A stretch of DNA of 64,000 nucleotides, taken from NCBI RefSeq assembly GCF_009914755.1, contig NC_060937.1; one strand, 5' to 3'. Source of the DNA: the human T2T-CHM13v2.0 reference genome, Homo sapiens. A program made the position numbers and the translations under genes. Numbering within the stretch: the stretch's first letter is position 1; every line of letters starts with the position of its first letter. This document shows, piece after piece, positions 41,891-56,391 of the stretch. The notes below the pieces were generated by a model. The model was not told the DNA's origin. It worked only from the letters and a program-made list of their open reading frames with translations, and searched no databases.

Positions 41891-44800
41891 AAGTCCCCCA
41901 CAACATGGTTGTAAATTCCATTTCACCTAAAATAGTAGCAGGGCTGACAGTCCAACTTCAGCAAAGTTCCTGCATAACATATTTCATCTTGAATAAGTAA
42001 TGGCATCTTTTTAACCCTTAAGCATTTGATAAGGTTCTTTTGTTGAAATTAATTATTGATAAGAATGGTCGCATGAAAGGATACAGAAAGAGAGATGTTG
42101 TGAAAGTTACCCCAGATCATTTAATTTAGTAACAGTAGTTAGCAAAAAATATATATATATATTTTTTCTTTCTCTAACCTGGATTCTCTCTTGTTCATAC
42201 TACTCCCAGTTCCTAACCCAGTGCCCCACATTCTAAGCAGCCTTGAAATATCTGCCGAAAGACTGAATACAGAAACGAATAAGTGCATGAAGGAATAAAC
42301 ACATAAATAAACAACAATACTTATATAGGTGTTAGTTATTCTTAAAGTTCTATTATTTGGTGACATGGATTAACATGTCCTTTGAAATTTGAATCCAGGT
42401 GGTAAAACCTAGAATAACAAGCTAGTCTATTATACAGATGCTGTTTCTGTCACCCCAAGAAATACTATAAAGTGGCTTCAATGTATTATTATAAATTAAA
42501 TATGATCGCTTTTTTGCTCTTTGGACAGAAAATGACTAAAAGATGAAAGTGTGTAAGCACACACAGTGGTGTCTGATAAACCTTTGTTGGATTGAGTGGA
42601 ATATTTCACAGCAATGGCAATAGGTACTTGTAACCAAACTCTCAAATATTGTGTGACAGTTGTTCTGATTAGCTCTATCTCACCATTAATATTTATTGAA
42701 GCAAAATCCATCATGGAGAATTCATAATACCTTTTGCATCTGAAATTTAATGGCATATTTTTATGTGAAGCATACCAGTCTCCTAAGCTGTGTAGCATTT
42801 TTTTATATTCTTTACTTTCTGCTTAGGTATTACTTTTATAATTGAATAATTGGCTATTTTTTCTTGTAGATTTGTTCCCAATCCTCTAGATTTTCCAAGA
42901 TCACTATGAGTATTATTAAGTAAACAAAATCATGAACCATGGAGAAAAGTGCTTTTAGAAAAGGGTTTTCATGGTCTTGATGAGCTTTATTTTTTTTTTC
43001 TGCAATGGCCACACATATTTTAGCTACTGAACAAAATCTGCAAATAAACTCTTTTACTCATTTGTGATTACTGAATAAAATAGAAGTGTACAATGATATA
43101 GGCTCTGATGGGAAAATTTTGTAAACACCAGGTGGAGAGGACACAGAGGTGATGCAAACATCTTCCACATTTTCAAATGTCAGCTGTTCTCAAGAGAGGA
43201 AGCTTAAATAAACATCATTTATAGTCTTAGCAGATGTTATCGATACGTAACACTTTAATTGTAGTTTTCCAATATCAGTGCTGTTAATAACAGTTCAGAA
43301 AAGATCTGAAGTGCTTTGATTTTAATCAGTGGTCATTTAAAAAATAGCTGTGCTAAATGGCGTATGTTTGTCTTTAAATCATCTCCGTTAGACAGATGGT
43401 ATCTTTGGAATTGTTGTGACATTTCATTGTTGCTGGTGACTGATGACTCATTGTAGGAAAATCCTTGTGTACACAATACGTGAAAATAAGATTGTTTGGT
43501 GTTCTTTCCTACAGCTAATTTTCAAACAGAATTTCAACAGATGTGACAATTTTACCAAGATGTTGTCAAAATAAGAGCAACCCACTGACAAATGAAATCT
43601 GGCTCATGTTCAGCCCTTTGGTACCATTCTGGTTTGTTCCAAGTATCAGGAGACTTTGTATCAATGTCAGCCCTGATAACTTGATCATTTCAGATGGCAC
43701 ACTGTCAATTTTTTCATCCTTTCTAATGACTCACTTTGCAATCGAGATGCAACACTTCCTGGTTTTTCTTTTCCTCCACCTCCCCCCACTCATGTATTAC
43801 CAAAGAAACAATGCTTGTAACTGATCTTTAGTTGTTTGGAAATAAAATGAGATCATCTACTAGAAAGACTTTTAGAGGTCATGGAGAAAGATGATCCATG
43901 ATGAAGGAACTCACAGGGTCCTAAGGAATTTCAGGTTTAGCTGTGAATGTTAGATTGATAACCTTGCATAGTGAAAAAGGTAACTCCTATGACAATTCAG
44001 TCATTGCTTCCTTGACTAACGTGGTGGTACTAACCCTGGGAAAATGAGGTCCACACATAATGATATCATGCATTAGTTTAAGTGTAAAAAAAGGCCGTAA
44101 AAGGAGCCCATTATTATCAATGGCAACTGGATGAGCAATACTGTTAAAATACTGGGTTTTATTACAGTGAGCTGACACAACAGAATATTCAGAATCACTT
44201 AAAGTAGCCCAGCACAAAACCCTTTAATGATGTATCATCCCCTAGGAGGGCTAATCAAAAACAGATAAAAGAGGGGAGACAATAATATTTGTGCACAGTA
44301 AATCCTATTTTAAAAGAATAATGGGATCAAGGTGTAACTTTGTTTTTAAGAAGTGGGTAGTGCGTATAGTAAAATGTAACTGTGTTTTCTCTGAATAGCG
44401 TATTTTATTCCTGACCAGTCTTCCAGAAGTATCCAGAGGGCAAAAGTGTGACTGAAAGCAATACAGTGAAAATTCTGTTGTTTCTCCTATTTCTGAAGTG
44501 ACTGGCGTTGTTATCATACTGCATTATTCACCTACTAGAAAGAGAAAATAGCCCAAAGTTTTCCATTTCCATTATGGCTCCAGTAATTCTCATTCTGTTC
44601 CGCTGACTTCTACATGGGAATAAAAAATGTTGTAGCATTCTACACATTGCAGAAAATAGCTTACACTCAAAGCCCTTATCAAGAGAAGAAAGTTTTAATA
44701 CTATTGCTACCATATAAAAAGAGACAGCAGTCATTTAAAAAGATAGTTTTCATTTCATGTTTAATAATTATCTCCTTAATTATTATGTTTTTGTAAATAT

Positions 44801-44898
44801 ATAAAGTTAGTAAGTATTTGGGAAACACTATGAGTTTGTTTTTTTTTTTTTTTTTTTTTTTTTAGCAAGGGAAGTTTGGTAGTTAAAAATAACCACGA

Positions 44899-45640
<742 letters not shown>

Positions 45641-46273
45641 TGAAAAAGTAGAGTGAAAAATCAGATCCAGCCTGGCCAGCCCTCTTCCCGCAGCCCAGCA
45701 CATCTATCAGCCCAATATCTCCTGCCATGACCACAGGCCAGTTATGAAAGGAAAGACCACCATGATCCTCTGACATAAACTCTGTGCTGTCACGTCTCCT
45801 GGGGAAAATTATTCCACTGAGGTCATAGACTGAGTTAAATTACAAGCTGAGGGATCTCCTCCTGGGGCACCTTTGCTTGTATGATCCACCTTAATGTCAA
45901 ATGATTCTATCCTTTTTAGTGTCACTGGCTGCAGGCAGGCAAACCTGCTTACTCAAATCAACTTGACATAATAGGAATAAGAATGTAACCATTGTGCAGC
46001 AAGCCAGTGACAGAACAGATCCTCAAAGAATTGAGTGGGTCCTCATCTCCTGCACTTGCCTAAAACAATATAAAAGAGTGAGCCAAGGTATATGTGTGTG
46101 AATGTATATTTCCTTTACAGGGTAGACTTTTCTTTTGCTTCATATGGGCTACCAGACCTCTGCTTTTGAGCACACCTCTGTTGGGTAACTCACTTATGCT
46201 TTTGATCTTCTGTGTATACTTTGCTGTGTTTGTTTGGTGGACCAAGAGCTAACAAAAGTATAAGCAACTTTAG

Positions 46274-46686
<413 letters not shown>

Positions 46687-46879
46687 CATGTTTCATTATT
46701 TTTTTAAAGTTTAGACTGAAGGTGATGTCATAGATTTAAACAGTCTCTCCCTAACCAAAATTTGGATGGTAAGGCAGAAGAAAGCATGAGAAAGGGAAAC
46801 TTGAGGGAAGGTCTCCAAATACAGAAAAGGATGATGATGAAAAGTATTCACACATGTGGTGGTTTTGCTACTTTTTTCT

Positions 46880-47060
46880 CCATTTCATTTACGCAAGCAT
46901 TTGCTGAGCAACTGCAGTGTGACAGTCACTTTGCTGGGTGCTAAGGGGACTGAGATGTGTAAAGTGTGACATTTTCAGTCAGAAGTTTATAATCCACTGG
47001 TGAAGACAGACAGTACAAATGAATAGTTATAATTCAGTGCTACATATACTATGATTAAAG
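46880..47060 (-). mobile_element. L2 3' end
   Basis: CAAGCATTTGCTGAGCAACT...TGCTGGGTGCT...AGTTTATAATCCACTGG. Confidence 0.6.
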
Positions 47061-49328
47061 TATTTGCCACGATGTACAAAAGTAGTAGTTTCAATTTTGA
47101 ATAATGAGAGAACAGACACAACCTCTAAAAACTGTACTGTTTCCCAGCACCAAATATGCTTACATATTGGAAATGATTTGTTTGCCATTCCTACATGCTC
47201 ATATTTGCTTAAAAAGACTGAAAATGCTGTGTATCTCTTTTTATTTACCATCCTCAAGCACAAGTAGAAACTCAATAAATATTTGTGATTCCTGGTGCAA
47301 CAAATGTTTCTGCTTCCCCTCACCTGCCTGAGTTATGCACCTGTAAAACATCTTTCTGCGGTTCATTCTGCACTGTGCCTGTCATTGTTTGGACCTAGGA
47401 AGACTTCTACCTGATTATAACCAAGTGAGATATGACAAATATTTAAGGAAAATTCTAGAGAAATCACTTAATGCATTAAATTGATTTTTCAGAAAAATAA
47501 TGAATGGTATGTGTTCTAAATTTTCTTACTCTCTTTACCAACGAGAATGCATTGTAAGCTCTCAGAACATAGATATCAGAACTTATTACTACCTCAGAGA
47601 CTACACACATTGTAACCCTTTAAAAACTGTTGGCAAATTGGACTGAATAGATCTTCTGTAAACATAATCTAATAGGTAATCCCGTGGGCATTGACTCAGT
47701 AAAATTAAATGTCACCTTTTAAGGCCTTTCTAGAAATGCTTATGAACATATGAGTAAAAATAAAAAATTAGGAGTGCTCATTTTAAGATAAAATTTGTAA
47801 CTGAATGTTTTCCTTTAATTCCCTTGAACTCAGATCTTAGAAAAAAACTTCAATATAAGGCGTAGCTTTACTTTCTGGTGTACTTAGTAAAATGCTCATT
47901 GTTAGAAGAAATGAAAGGATGTAGCCAATTGATATGGAAGAGAGAGTGGGCCTTCAAGAGTGCAGGGCATTAATAAAACCAAAAATACTTAGAAAATAAT
48001 TGCTTAATACATTTAAAATTTAATTTTAAAGAAAAATATAAAGTGTGGATGATTAAAGGTCTTTAAAATTTTAAACTTCTGTAGCTTTATCCAAAGGCAT
48101 TTCTATAATCACTTAATTCTGTTTCTAAGTAATTGGCTAACACAATTAGCTTAAAAAACAGTTTTTAATATTCACAAATCAGTTCACTTGTATTATACTC
48201 ATTTTTTTCTTTAATGGAATGCATTCTGTTAATATAAGACAATATTCAGAGTGTGCTTTCTTATTTGTAGCAAAATCCTGTTCTGAAGAAGCACATGTTT
48301 GGTACAAGCCACCTGAAATCAAAGACTTAGAGAAAAGTCACTTTTAATCCAATTAAAATAGCCATACACTTTCATATCCTTTTTAAATAAAATTTCAAAT
48401 TAAAAACCTTTATAGGTTTCCTTAGACTGGCTGTGGAATACATAAAGGTGATTCCATTAGATCCTATTCTAATGAACTGGGATTATGGAAATTTCCACAG
48501 ATCTCTTCTTAGTCACATTTAATAGGAAATATATATTACATACATATTTATGGAAATAACAAATTAGAGTTTAATGTATGCTGTACTGTCAAGGATCAAT
48601 ATAGAATTATTTGGAATGACATGGAAACTAAGAGGCTTGAGAAATTTTTGATGCTAGATGTTGGTATAATATTTGATTTAGTTTTCCCCAGTCTCTCAAT
48701 ATTTCTAGATTCCACAAAGATCCAGGCATCTCCTGAAGATAACAGTTTCTTACTAGGCAAAAACCCTTGGGATGCCTTGATGCTAAACATTTAGAAGATG
48801 CTCAGAAGCATGAATAATCATCTAGCACCAACCGAAGAGATAATAAAAATGTGATACACACTGTGGTCATCTTCCCAGCTATGTTCTACTTCTCCCCAGT
48901 GTTATGGCAGCTTAGTAGTTTAAAAGGGATTGATATCAACTGTGGTTTGATACTGATTGTACTGGTTGTATCAGCAAAACCCATTCAGTTCAGCATAGAA
49001 AAATACAGAGAGATGTGATGGGGCTTTAGAAAAAGATTCCCATTTGTCCTGCAGTGAGAGCCACTAGAAGAGACCCTCACTATCCCTGGAAGTAGAGAAG
49101 GAAACCTAGGATCCCAACTGTGCTTAGCATCTTGTAGAAAACTTAGGATGAAGTGTATGCCAGGGATGCCTAAGCAGACAGAGAAAATGCATCCAGTTCC
49201 TTGGCGATATCACTGAGCTGCAAACCCAAGCAACCATGAAGCTATCCTTACCCCTTCACCTCCCTGTTACTCTTTGCTCCATTTTGCAGTTGAAGGCCTC
49301 CTGGCTAATACCATTAACAAACTAAGAC

Positions 49329-49682
49329 TTTTTTTTTTACACTGTTTAAGATTGAGGTAAGATATACATATAAAATATACTATCTTTACCATTTTTAGTG
49401 TATACTTCAATGGTCATAAATACATTTACATCCATTTTTTTTTCCTTCATCCCTCCCTCCCCTCTATTCTTCCTGGCCTCTGGTAGCCACCATTCTACTC
49501 TCTATCCTCATGAGATCCACCTTTTTAGCTCCCACATGTGAATGAGAGCATGTGGTATTTGGCTTCCTGTGCCTGGCTTATTTCACTTAACATAATGGCC
49601 TCCAGTTCCATCCACGTTGCGCAAATGACAGGATTTCATTTCTTATGGCTAAATAGTATTCCATTGTGTATGTGTACCACAC
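49329..49682 (-). mobile_element. L1MA-type 3' fragment
   Basis: ACCATTCTACTCTCTATCCTCATGAGATCCACCTTTTTAGCTCCCACATGTGAATGAGAGCATG...CCTGGCTTATTTCACTTAACATAATG. Confidence 0.85.
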
Positions 49683-49746
49683 ATCACCAGGTGTGATTAT
49701 GTTCATTCTCCAGGTGAGGTTAAGGGACTTACTGAAATTCTGTGTG

Positions 49747-49788
49747 GTCTATGGCCATACCATGCTGAATGTGCCCTATCTTATCTGA
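49747..49788 (+). pseudogene. 3'-truncated 5S rRNA pseudogene (nt 1-42 of 5S)
   Basis: GTCTATGGCCATACCATGCTGAATGTGCCCTATCTTATCTGA versus 5S GTCTACGGCCATACCACCCTGAACGCGCCCGATCTCGTCTGA: 34/42 identical, starting at 5S nt 1, most differences at CpGs. Confidence 0.85.
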
Positions 49789-52623
49789 AGTTGTCTATAG
49801 TGATGAAACCACATGTTGCAGAACAATTTAAAAAATAAAAATCTTAAGAGCCTTCTTAATATTTATTCTTTTCGATTTTTCCATAGAGTGTGTGCCTAAA
49901 TTAAATCTCTAGGAATGATAATAAAGTAGTGATCCTTACAGCAGGGCTATTTTGTAGTCTGTATACTCATAATTAACCTGTCACGAAAAAAATTTGGGGT
50001 GCCATAAATCAGCTCTACTAGAGGAATGAGTATGCATAGACAAACAAAACCTGACAAACAAAAATTGAGAAGTAGCATTTTCATCCCATGAGGAAATTTT
50101 AAAAGAAGGCTGTAGATAGGGAGCAGTAATTGAGAGTTGCTCACTGGAAGAAGTGCTTTTTCTGTTCTTCCTGAGGTGGCCAACTGCATCTAAGATGGAA
50201 TTATGCTTTTACTGTTTATGTTTTTCCCTACACTTATACCTCTGTCCTAGCAGAGCATTCTCAGCTGGGCCGGAAGACCCTTCCATGCCCACTGTTGCTG
50301 CTGCTGGAAGTCTAAGATTAAATGAGTAAGGAGACATCCAATGATATGACACTGTGTTAGACCATGGAACCTCTGGTCACTCATGTTTATCACCCCATTA
50401 ATTAGGTGCTAATTGCAAAAGCTCCTTAAATGTAGCTTTCTGCCTTGCTCAGTGCCCTGACAACCTGATCTTAGGATGAAACTCGCATCAACACCAATGC
50501 CTCAGAGAAACAGGCCTAATATTTGTAATGTTCAAGTTACAGAGTTTAGCCTCAAAGGAAAGATGTGCAGAAGCTTAAGTTTTTATAGCAGGGTTAATGC
50601 CCTCATTATATATTCAACATGCTTTAAAAAAGACAAGATACAGTGTGGCAAAATTATCTTTCCTACAAGGACTTGCATTTTGATAGTTATCTATTAATGT
50701 TATCCAGAATAAGTCGTGTAATTTCAAAACAATATGCTACTCAAAAGCAAATTAGATTTCTCATAAGGCAACTTCTTTGAAAACATTTTTGCTATTTCAA
50801 TAATAAATTATTCTACACTGAGGATCAGTTTCATGAGGACATTCAATTTTAATAAATCAAGTATTTCTGCCTGATTTAGTTCAAAACAAATTATTTCATT
50901 TTCTTAAAGCCAAGGCACTAACTCTTTTACTTTACATGACTCAGACATGGCTGAACACATTACAGAAATCTTCTAAAATAATTCATTATTGAATATGTAA
51001 TTTATTGGTAAAATAACTAGAGAATACTTATATTCTCTATATAATAGGAATGTGAAAGAAGTAACTGTGTATGGTGAACTTTGGAAGTTTCTTTTACCAA
51101 TCCAAAATATTTTATTTTCCCTGAAAAACCATAGTCTAAGCTCAGGCAAATAAATTGAAAATAAAATTTTGAAATACAAGTTGTTTGAAATATGGGGATT
51201 GCCAGTAATCTTGTTACAGTCAATACATATTGCTGAATGCCATCAAAAAATTAATTGATCATGGTTTATATTTTGCTCTTGGAACAAAAGGAAGCTCTCC
51301 CACATTGGTGATAAAAATCCATTGAAAATACATCTGTTGACTATAGATCAATGTGATGCTACAGACTGTCTTTTCCTTTAAGGAAAGTGTAACTTAAGAT
51401 GGATAATTACTGCAACTCAGAAGGATAAAACACATGTAGCCAGTGTGGCTTTTGGCTTTTCCTCAGCAAGCTTGCCCTTAGTGACAGGATTGCAGAAGAG
51501 AGAAGCTAGAAATAAGAAAGGCCAGAGCCAGAGGAAACGACAGAACTGTGGGACTGCTCCTTCCCTCCAACCCCAAGGAATGATCACCAGCTCTAATGAC
51601 CATGCCCCAAATTTCTTATCTTTGATTTTGACAGCTAAGATGACTTGACAAAGCTAGGCTCACGCTGGGCAGGAGGAGTATCCAGCGTCAGGCTAGTGGC
51701 AGAAGCTCAGCCTGGTTGCATGACCCTGATGTGCAGGACAGATCCATCCCTTAGGCAGAGAAGGCTGACAAAATCAGACAGGATGTCTGGAGTCCAGCCT
51801 GGACTGTAGAACCCTGGTCTTGGCCTACAAATGAAGCCACAAAGGCTTGGTCCAATCACATAGGTTAAGCAAATGAAGCCTGGCAGCAAAATGGTAAACA
51901 CTCCCCAAGCACACTTCACTTTGGATTGGCAAGATTTGTTTGCTATCCGCTATCAAATGGCTGAGCTTCTCACTAAAACTGATTTATTGGCTCAGGGTAA
52001 AGCCTGGTAGATTAAAGTCTTCAGTGACTGACATTGAGCAATCCTAAGAAAAAGAATAGGGATCGACAGCCCTTGCATATATAGATTTTTCATTTGGGAT
52101 TATTTAGTTTCTTTGGGGATGCTATGTATGTCCCTAGAGATCTTTATAAATAGAATACTCATTAGTAAGACATGAATAAGGGGAAATCAATCATTTCTGG
52201 AGATGTTTTGCATCCTAAGGTGCTTTCAGGTTCCCCCCACTCCCACCATGTAGACTTTTCCATTGCTCTCTGTTGGAATCTGCAAGTCTTCATGAGGTAA
52301 TGTCTCTAAGAGCACGAATCCAGAGTAGACAGTTACTGTGAGTTCTCTCTTCTACTTTTTGAAGCTACTGAAGGCCTATGTTTAGAAAATAAAAATAGAT
52401 TTTAAGAGTTTGTGTCCTACTGCATCATTTTCCTTCTAAGTTAGAGAATGCTATTGGAAATCTTGTGATGAGCCAAGAAAGGATAATAGGCCCCTTCACC
52501 CCAATGAGATGCAAATTCCAGGTGCTTGGCTGGAACCATTCACTAGCTAAAGGACTCTCCCAAAAAGCCTTGCATTTGTATCTCAGCAAAATGGAAAATT
52601 TCTGTAGACCATCAAACATGGTG

Positions 52624-52661
52624 TCTGTCTCTCTCTTTCTCTCTCTCTCTCTGTCTCTCTG

Positions 52662-52699
<38 letters not shown>

Positions 52700-52731
52700 C
52701 CTCTCTGTCTCTCTCTCTCTCTCCCTCTCTC
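52624..52731. repeat. (CT)n/(CTGT) polypyrimidine microsatellite
   Basis: Directly visible. Confidence 0.95.
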
Positions 52732-52781
52732 AGTTAAATCTTCTAAGTGGAAGTCCTCAATGTCAAGAGTCCACTGCACTA

Positions 52782-53122
52782 CAGGTGTACCTTGCTTAAT
52801 GACAGGGATACCTTCTGAGAATGTGTCATTAGGTGATTTTGTCCTTGTGTAAACATCGTAGAGTGTATTTACACAAACCTAGATGGTATAGCCTACTACA
52901 CACCTAGGCTATGTGGTATAACCTATTGCTCTTTGGCTACAAACCTGTGCAGCATGTGACTGTGCTGAATAGAGTAGGCATTTGTAACACAGTGGTACTT
53001 ATGTATCTAAACATACCTAAACTTCAAAGGTACAGTAAAAATATGGTGTTAAAATCTTATGGGATCACCATAATATATGCAGTCCATCATTGACCAAAAC
53101 GTCCTTAGGCTGCACATGAACG
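52782..53122. mobile_element. Tigger3a/MER7-like TcMar-Tigger element, near full length
   Basis: ACACAAACCTAGATGGTATAGCCTACTACACACCTAGGCTAT signature, flanked by TA on both sides. Confidence 0.88.
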
Positions 53123-54529
53123 TATTTCCATTATCACATTTGGTCTGCAATTTGATTAAACTGCTTCCAAGTGACAACAGGGTTAGAACTTTCTAGTCTT
53201 AATAATCAGATGCCCTTTGATACAGTTAATTAAGCCAAAAAAAGGCATGATCTCTTATCTAACTATGATTTCTATAAAAAAATAAGAGAGTGAGAGAAGG
53301 GTTTTTGTTTTGTGGTGAGACAACAAAGCATAGCCATCATAGAATAAAATGTTTAAAATAACGTGTTTATTAAAACGTTTGATGAAAATGGTAATATCTC
53401 TAAAGATTTGAGTGCCTTTCTCACCAATATTTACCCTGTTTCAGTTATTTTATACCAAAGTTTCTTAACTGAGAACATAAAAGATCAACTTTTAGAGAGA
53501 TGATCGATTCTCCCATCCAAAACTACAGATGCATGTTTTACTGAGAAGGTCCTATAGTTTTTTACGAGGTTCTCAAAGGGGTACATGATCTAAAAAAGAC
53601 AGAGAACTAGATTTTAAATGACTCTCCTGCCTTGTCTGCCCCTCCTTGCAGAAGTAGTTTCAGACAGAGTAGTACGTTTCTTTCAACTCAACTCTCCCTG
53701 AAACTTTTTAGGCGTCTAGGTCAGGTTTGTTGCTTGGCCCTGGAGTATTCTAGCTTTCAGAGGAGCTTTTCTTCTAATTGCTTAAACATCGTTTTCTACT
53801 TTAGCTCCAAGGTCCTTGGCAGGCTGGTGGTTACCCAAGAGAAGTGTAACTTTCCCCAGTGCCTTCTTTTGGCAGGTTCCCCTGCCCCAACACACAGACA
53901 GTTTCTCTGAATTCCTGGTAATATACAAGTGTTACACAGGCAGCATGATGCCTTGAGAATTTTTGGTCCGTAGGCATTGTTAGTTTCATTAACATTTATT
54001 CTAAGGTCTTTCTGTGATTAAAAAATAATACCCATTTATTACCTGCTACAAAAAACTTGGAATACAGAGAAAAGGTCAAAATAATATAACTGTTATCCAG
54101 AAATGCAGAAATGATGATTTTTAAGGTTTTTTCTTTTCATAATATCTTACACCTACTATAATGTTATGTACACTTCCAGAATGTATTCACTTAGTATCTA
54201 TAGATACACATTCTAATGTCAATGATGATCTATGTAACAAATCTTAATAATTAAGTTTTAAAGAAAACATAAAATACCTAGGTGGCACTGTATAAAGTTT
54301 TATCCTCAGTATGGAACTTGGGCTATTTTATTTTTTAATAGAAAAGATAAACAACCTCCTGTAATTAATAGGACGTTTGATTTTCTTTCTTGAATAGAGG
54401 TATATTTTTACTCAGTAATACATAACTTTCTTAAAGGAAAACTATGGCTGAATAAGATGCATGGAAATGTTTCCTTTTAATCCATTTCCTTATTTTTTTT
54501 TGTCACATCCTATTTGGAATCGAAACTAT

Positions 54530-54915
54530 TATTAGACATTTACTATATTCTAAGGAATTCACATGCATTTTTCTCCTTTATTTTATACAAAATCATGTGA
54601 TGTAGGCACTGCTTTTATCCTCACTTTATAGAAGAAGAAACTAAGGCTTAGGGGAAATAGCTTATCCAAGGTCAGAAAGCCAGGATGCAGAGCCAGGCAT
54701 GTCCAGTTCTCTAACTTGGAAGCTCATGCTCTTACCTACAATGCTAGTGATTCCCAAAGTATGGTCCCTGGACCAGCAGCTTCAGCATTGCCTGGGAATT
54801 GGTAGAAATGAAAACTCTCCTGGACATGTTGAATTGGAATGGGGCCCAGCTATCATTACTTTAACAAGTCCACCAGTTGTCTCTGATGCATGCAAGACTA
54901 TGAGGATCACTTCTT
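54530..54915. mobile_element. MIR (about 54530-54740, antisense) followed by MER5A (about 54745-54915)
   Basis: TTATCCTCACTTTATAGAAGAAGAAACTAAGGCTTAG, then TAGTGATTCCCAAAGTATGGTCCCTGGACCAGCAGC. Confidence 0.75.
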
Positions 54916-56290
54916 TCTAATAGATTGCCTCCAAATTTTAAAAGGTAACTGATACAAAAATTTTTTTAATCTATATTTTTTAAAAAGAAATTATGTTAAA
55001 CTCTTGCCAAAGGAATATTACGTTAGGGTTTTATTGCTTAATCTTTCAGAATTTTACTTTGGGGATTTCTTGAGTTTTATGCATTAGAGATCATAATAAT
55101 TGAAGTGAAATTGAGGGGTGGAGCATGGTGAGTGAGTGCTGGGAGCATTTCCGTACTTTCTTCAAGTTATTCATGAATGATGAGCTGGGTTATGATTCAA
55201 GTCAACAGATGACTACAAAACAGATGCTGTTATGCAAATCAGACTTGCTGATTGGCAATAAGAGAAACAAAAATTATTTTTTAAACAGGTCCAATTTTTA
55301 GACATATTTTTCAAATAAATGAGTTTTTTATTGAAAAATGCAGCAACTTCACAATCTTAGTTCTGTTGACCCAATGCGGTTTTTGTTCCCCAAGACCTGC
55401 TATCCTGATCCTGGTGTATATGTTTCATTTTTCCCCTTTACTCTGCATGTGACTACTGATGAGGAGAGACCCATACATTTAGAATGCCATTTACATATTT
55501 CTCAAGTCCAGGACATTTTGGTGTTAAATGTATTAGATTTTTTAAAACGTAGGTGTGATTAGGTGTAATTTAATATAAATATGGCCAGCTTTAGTGTCCC
55601 TGGGTAGCCAAAATGCAATTTTTTAAATTAGTATTTGAAAGGGAAGGCCTCCTGTAGCCATCATAATCGTATTTTCACTGTATTTTTATTCCTTTCCAGA
55701 TCTGACTGTCTTAAAATTTAATTACTATTAGCAAGACCTTTATGGGAAGAATAGAAATATTCTTGTAATAGTGTTAGCATATTAAATGTAATTTTCAGGT
55801 GATCCTCCTAGGATTCCAGCACTCCTCCATTGAGCCAATTTAGCTGCCTTTTTTCTGCCCTGACAGTTCACATGCATCCAACTCAGAAATATATTCTTTC
55901 TATGTCTCCTCTGATGCTGTTAGAACTTTGTTGCCCTAGTATATTAGTGTTCATTCATTTGTGATGAAACTGTCAAATCTGATATGCATTTTAATGCTGT
56001 TCATATGAATAATACTAAACATACTAATTATAGCCCTTCTATGTCTTAAAGTAGACTTATTGGTTTGTTGTTGTTTATTTATCTTTAAACTCTGTTAATC
56101 ATTTTTAATTCAATTGAGGAGGTTTTGAAAAAGAAATCAAACATTGCTAGATAAGAACATAAAAGAAAAATACACATTTTTGCCTAAAACCAAGGACAAA
56201 TGACTAAAGAATTAATACGAGGACCTAAAAAAGTGTAATTGTGACCAAATTTTAAAAGAAATGTATAAAGGGATGTTACAGCTGCGGTCT

Positions 56291-56391
56291 GAAGAAATTT
56301 GAGAGATCGCTTCTTAATCTGCAGTCACTTGTCTGGGACAACGTAGCAGACAAGAGACTGCAATTTAAGAAGCGATCTCTCAAATTTCTTC
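56291..56391. repeat. 45-bp inverted repeat with 11-nt spacer (hairpin/cruciform)
   Basis: Arms 56291-56335 and 56347-56391 are reverse complements at 42/45 positions. Confidence 0.97.

Noticed and set aside
43500-43626. Plus-strand coding exon after the acceptor TTCTTTCCTACAG
   Set aside because: All three frames hit stops quickly and the donor is weak.
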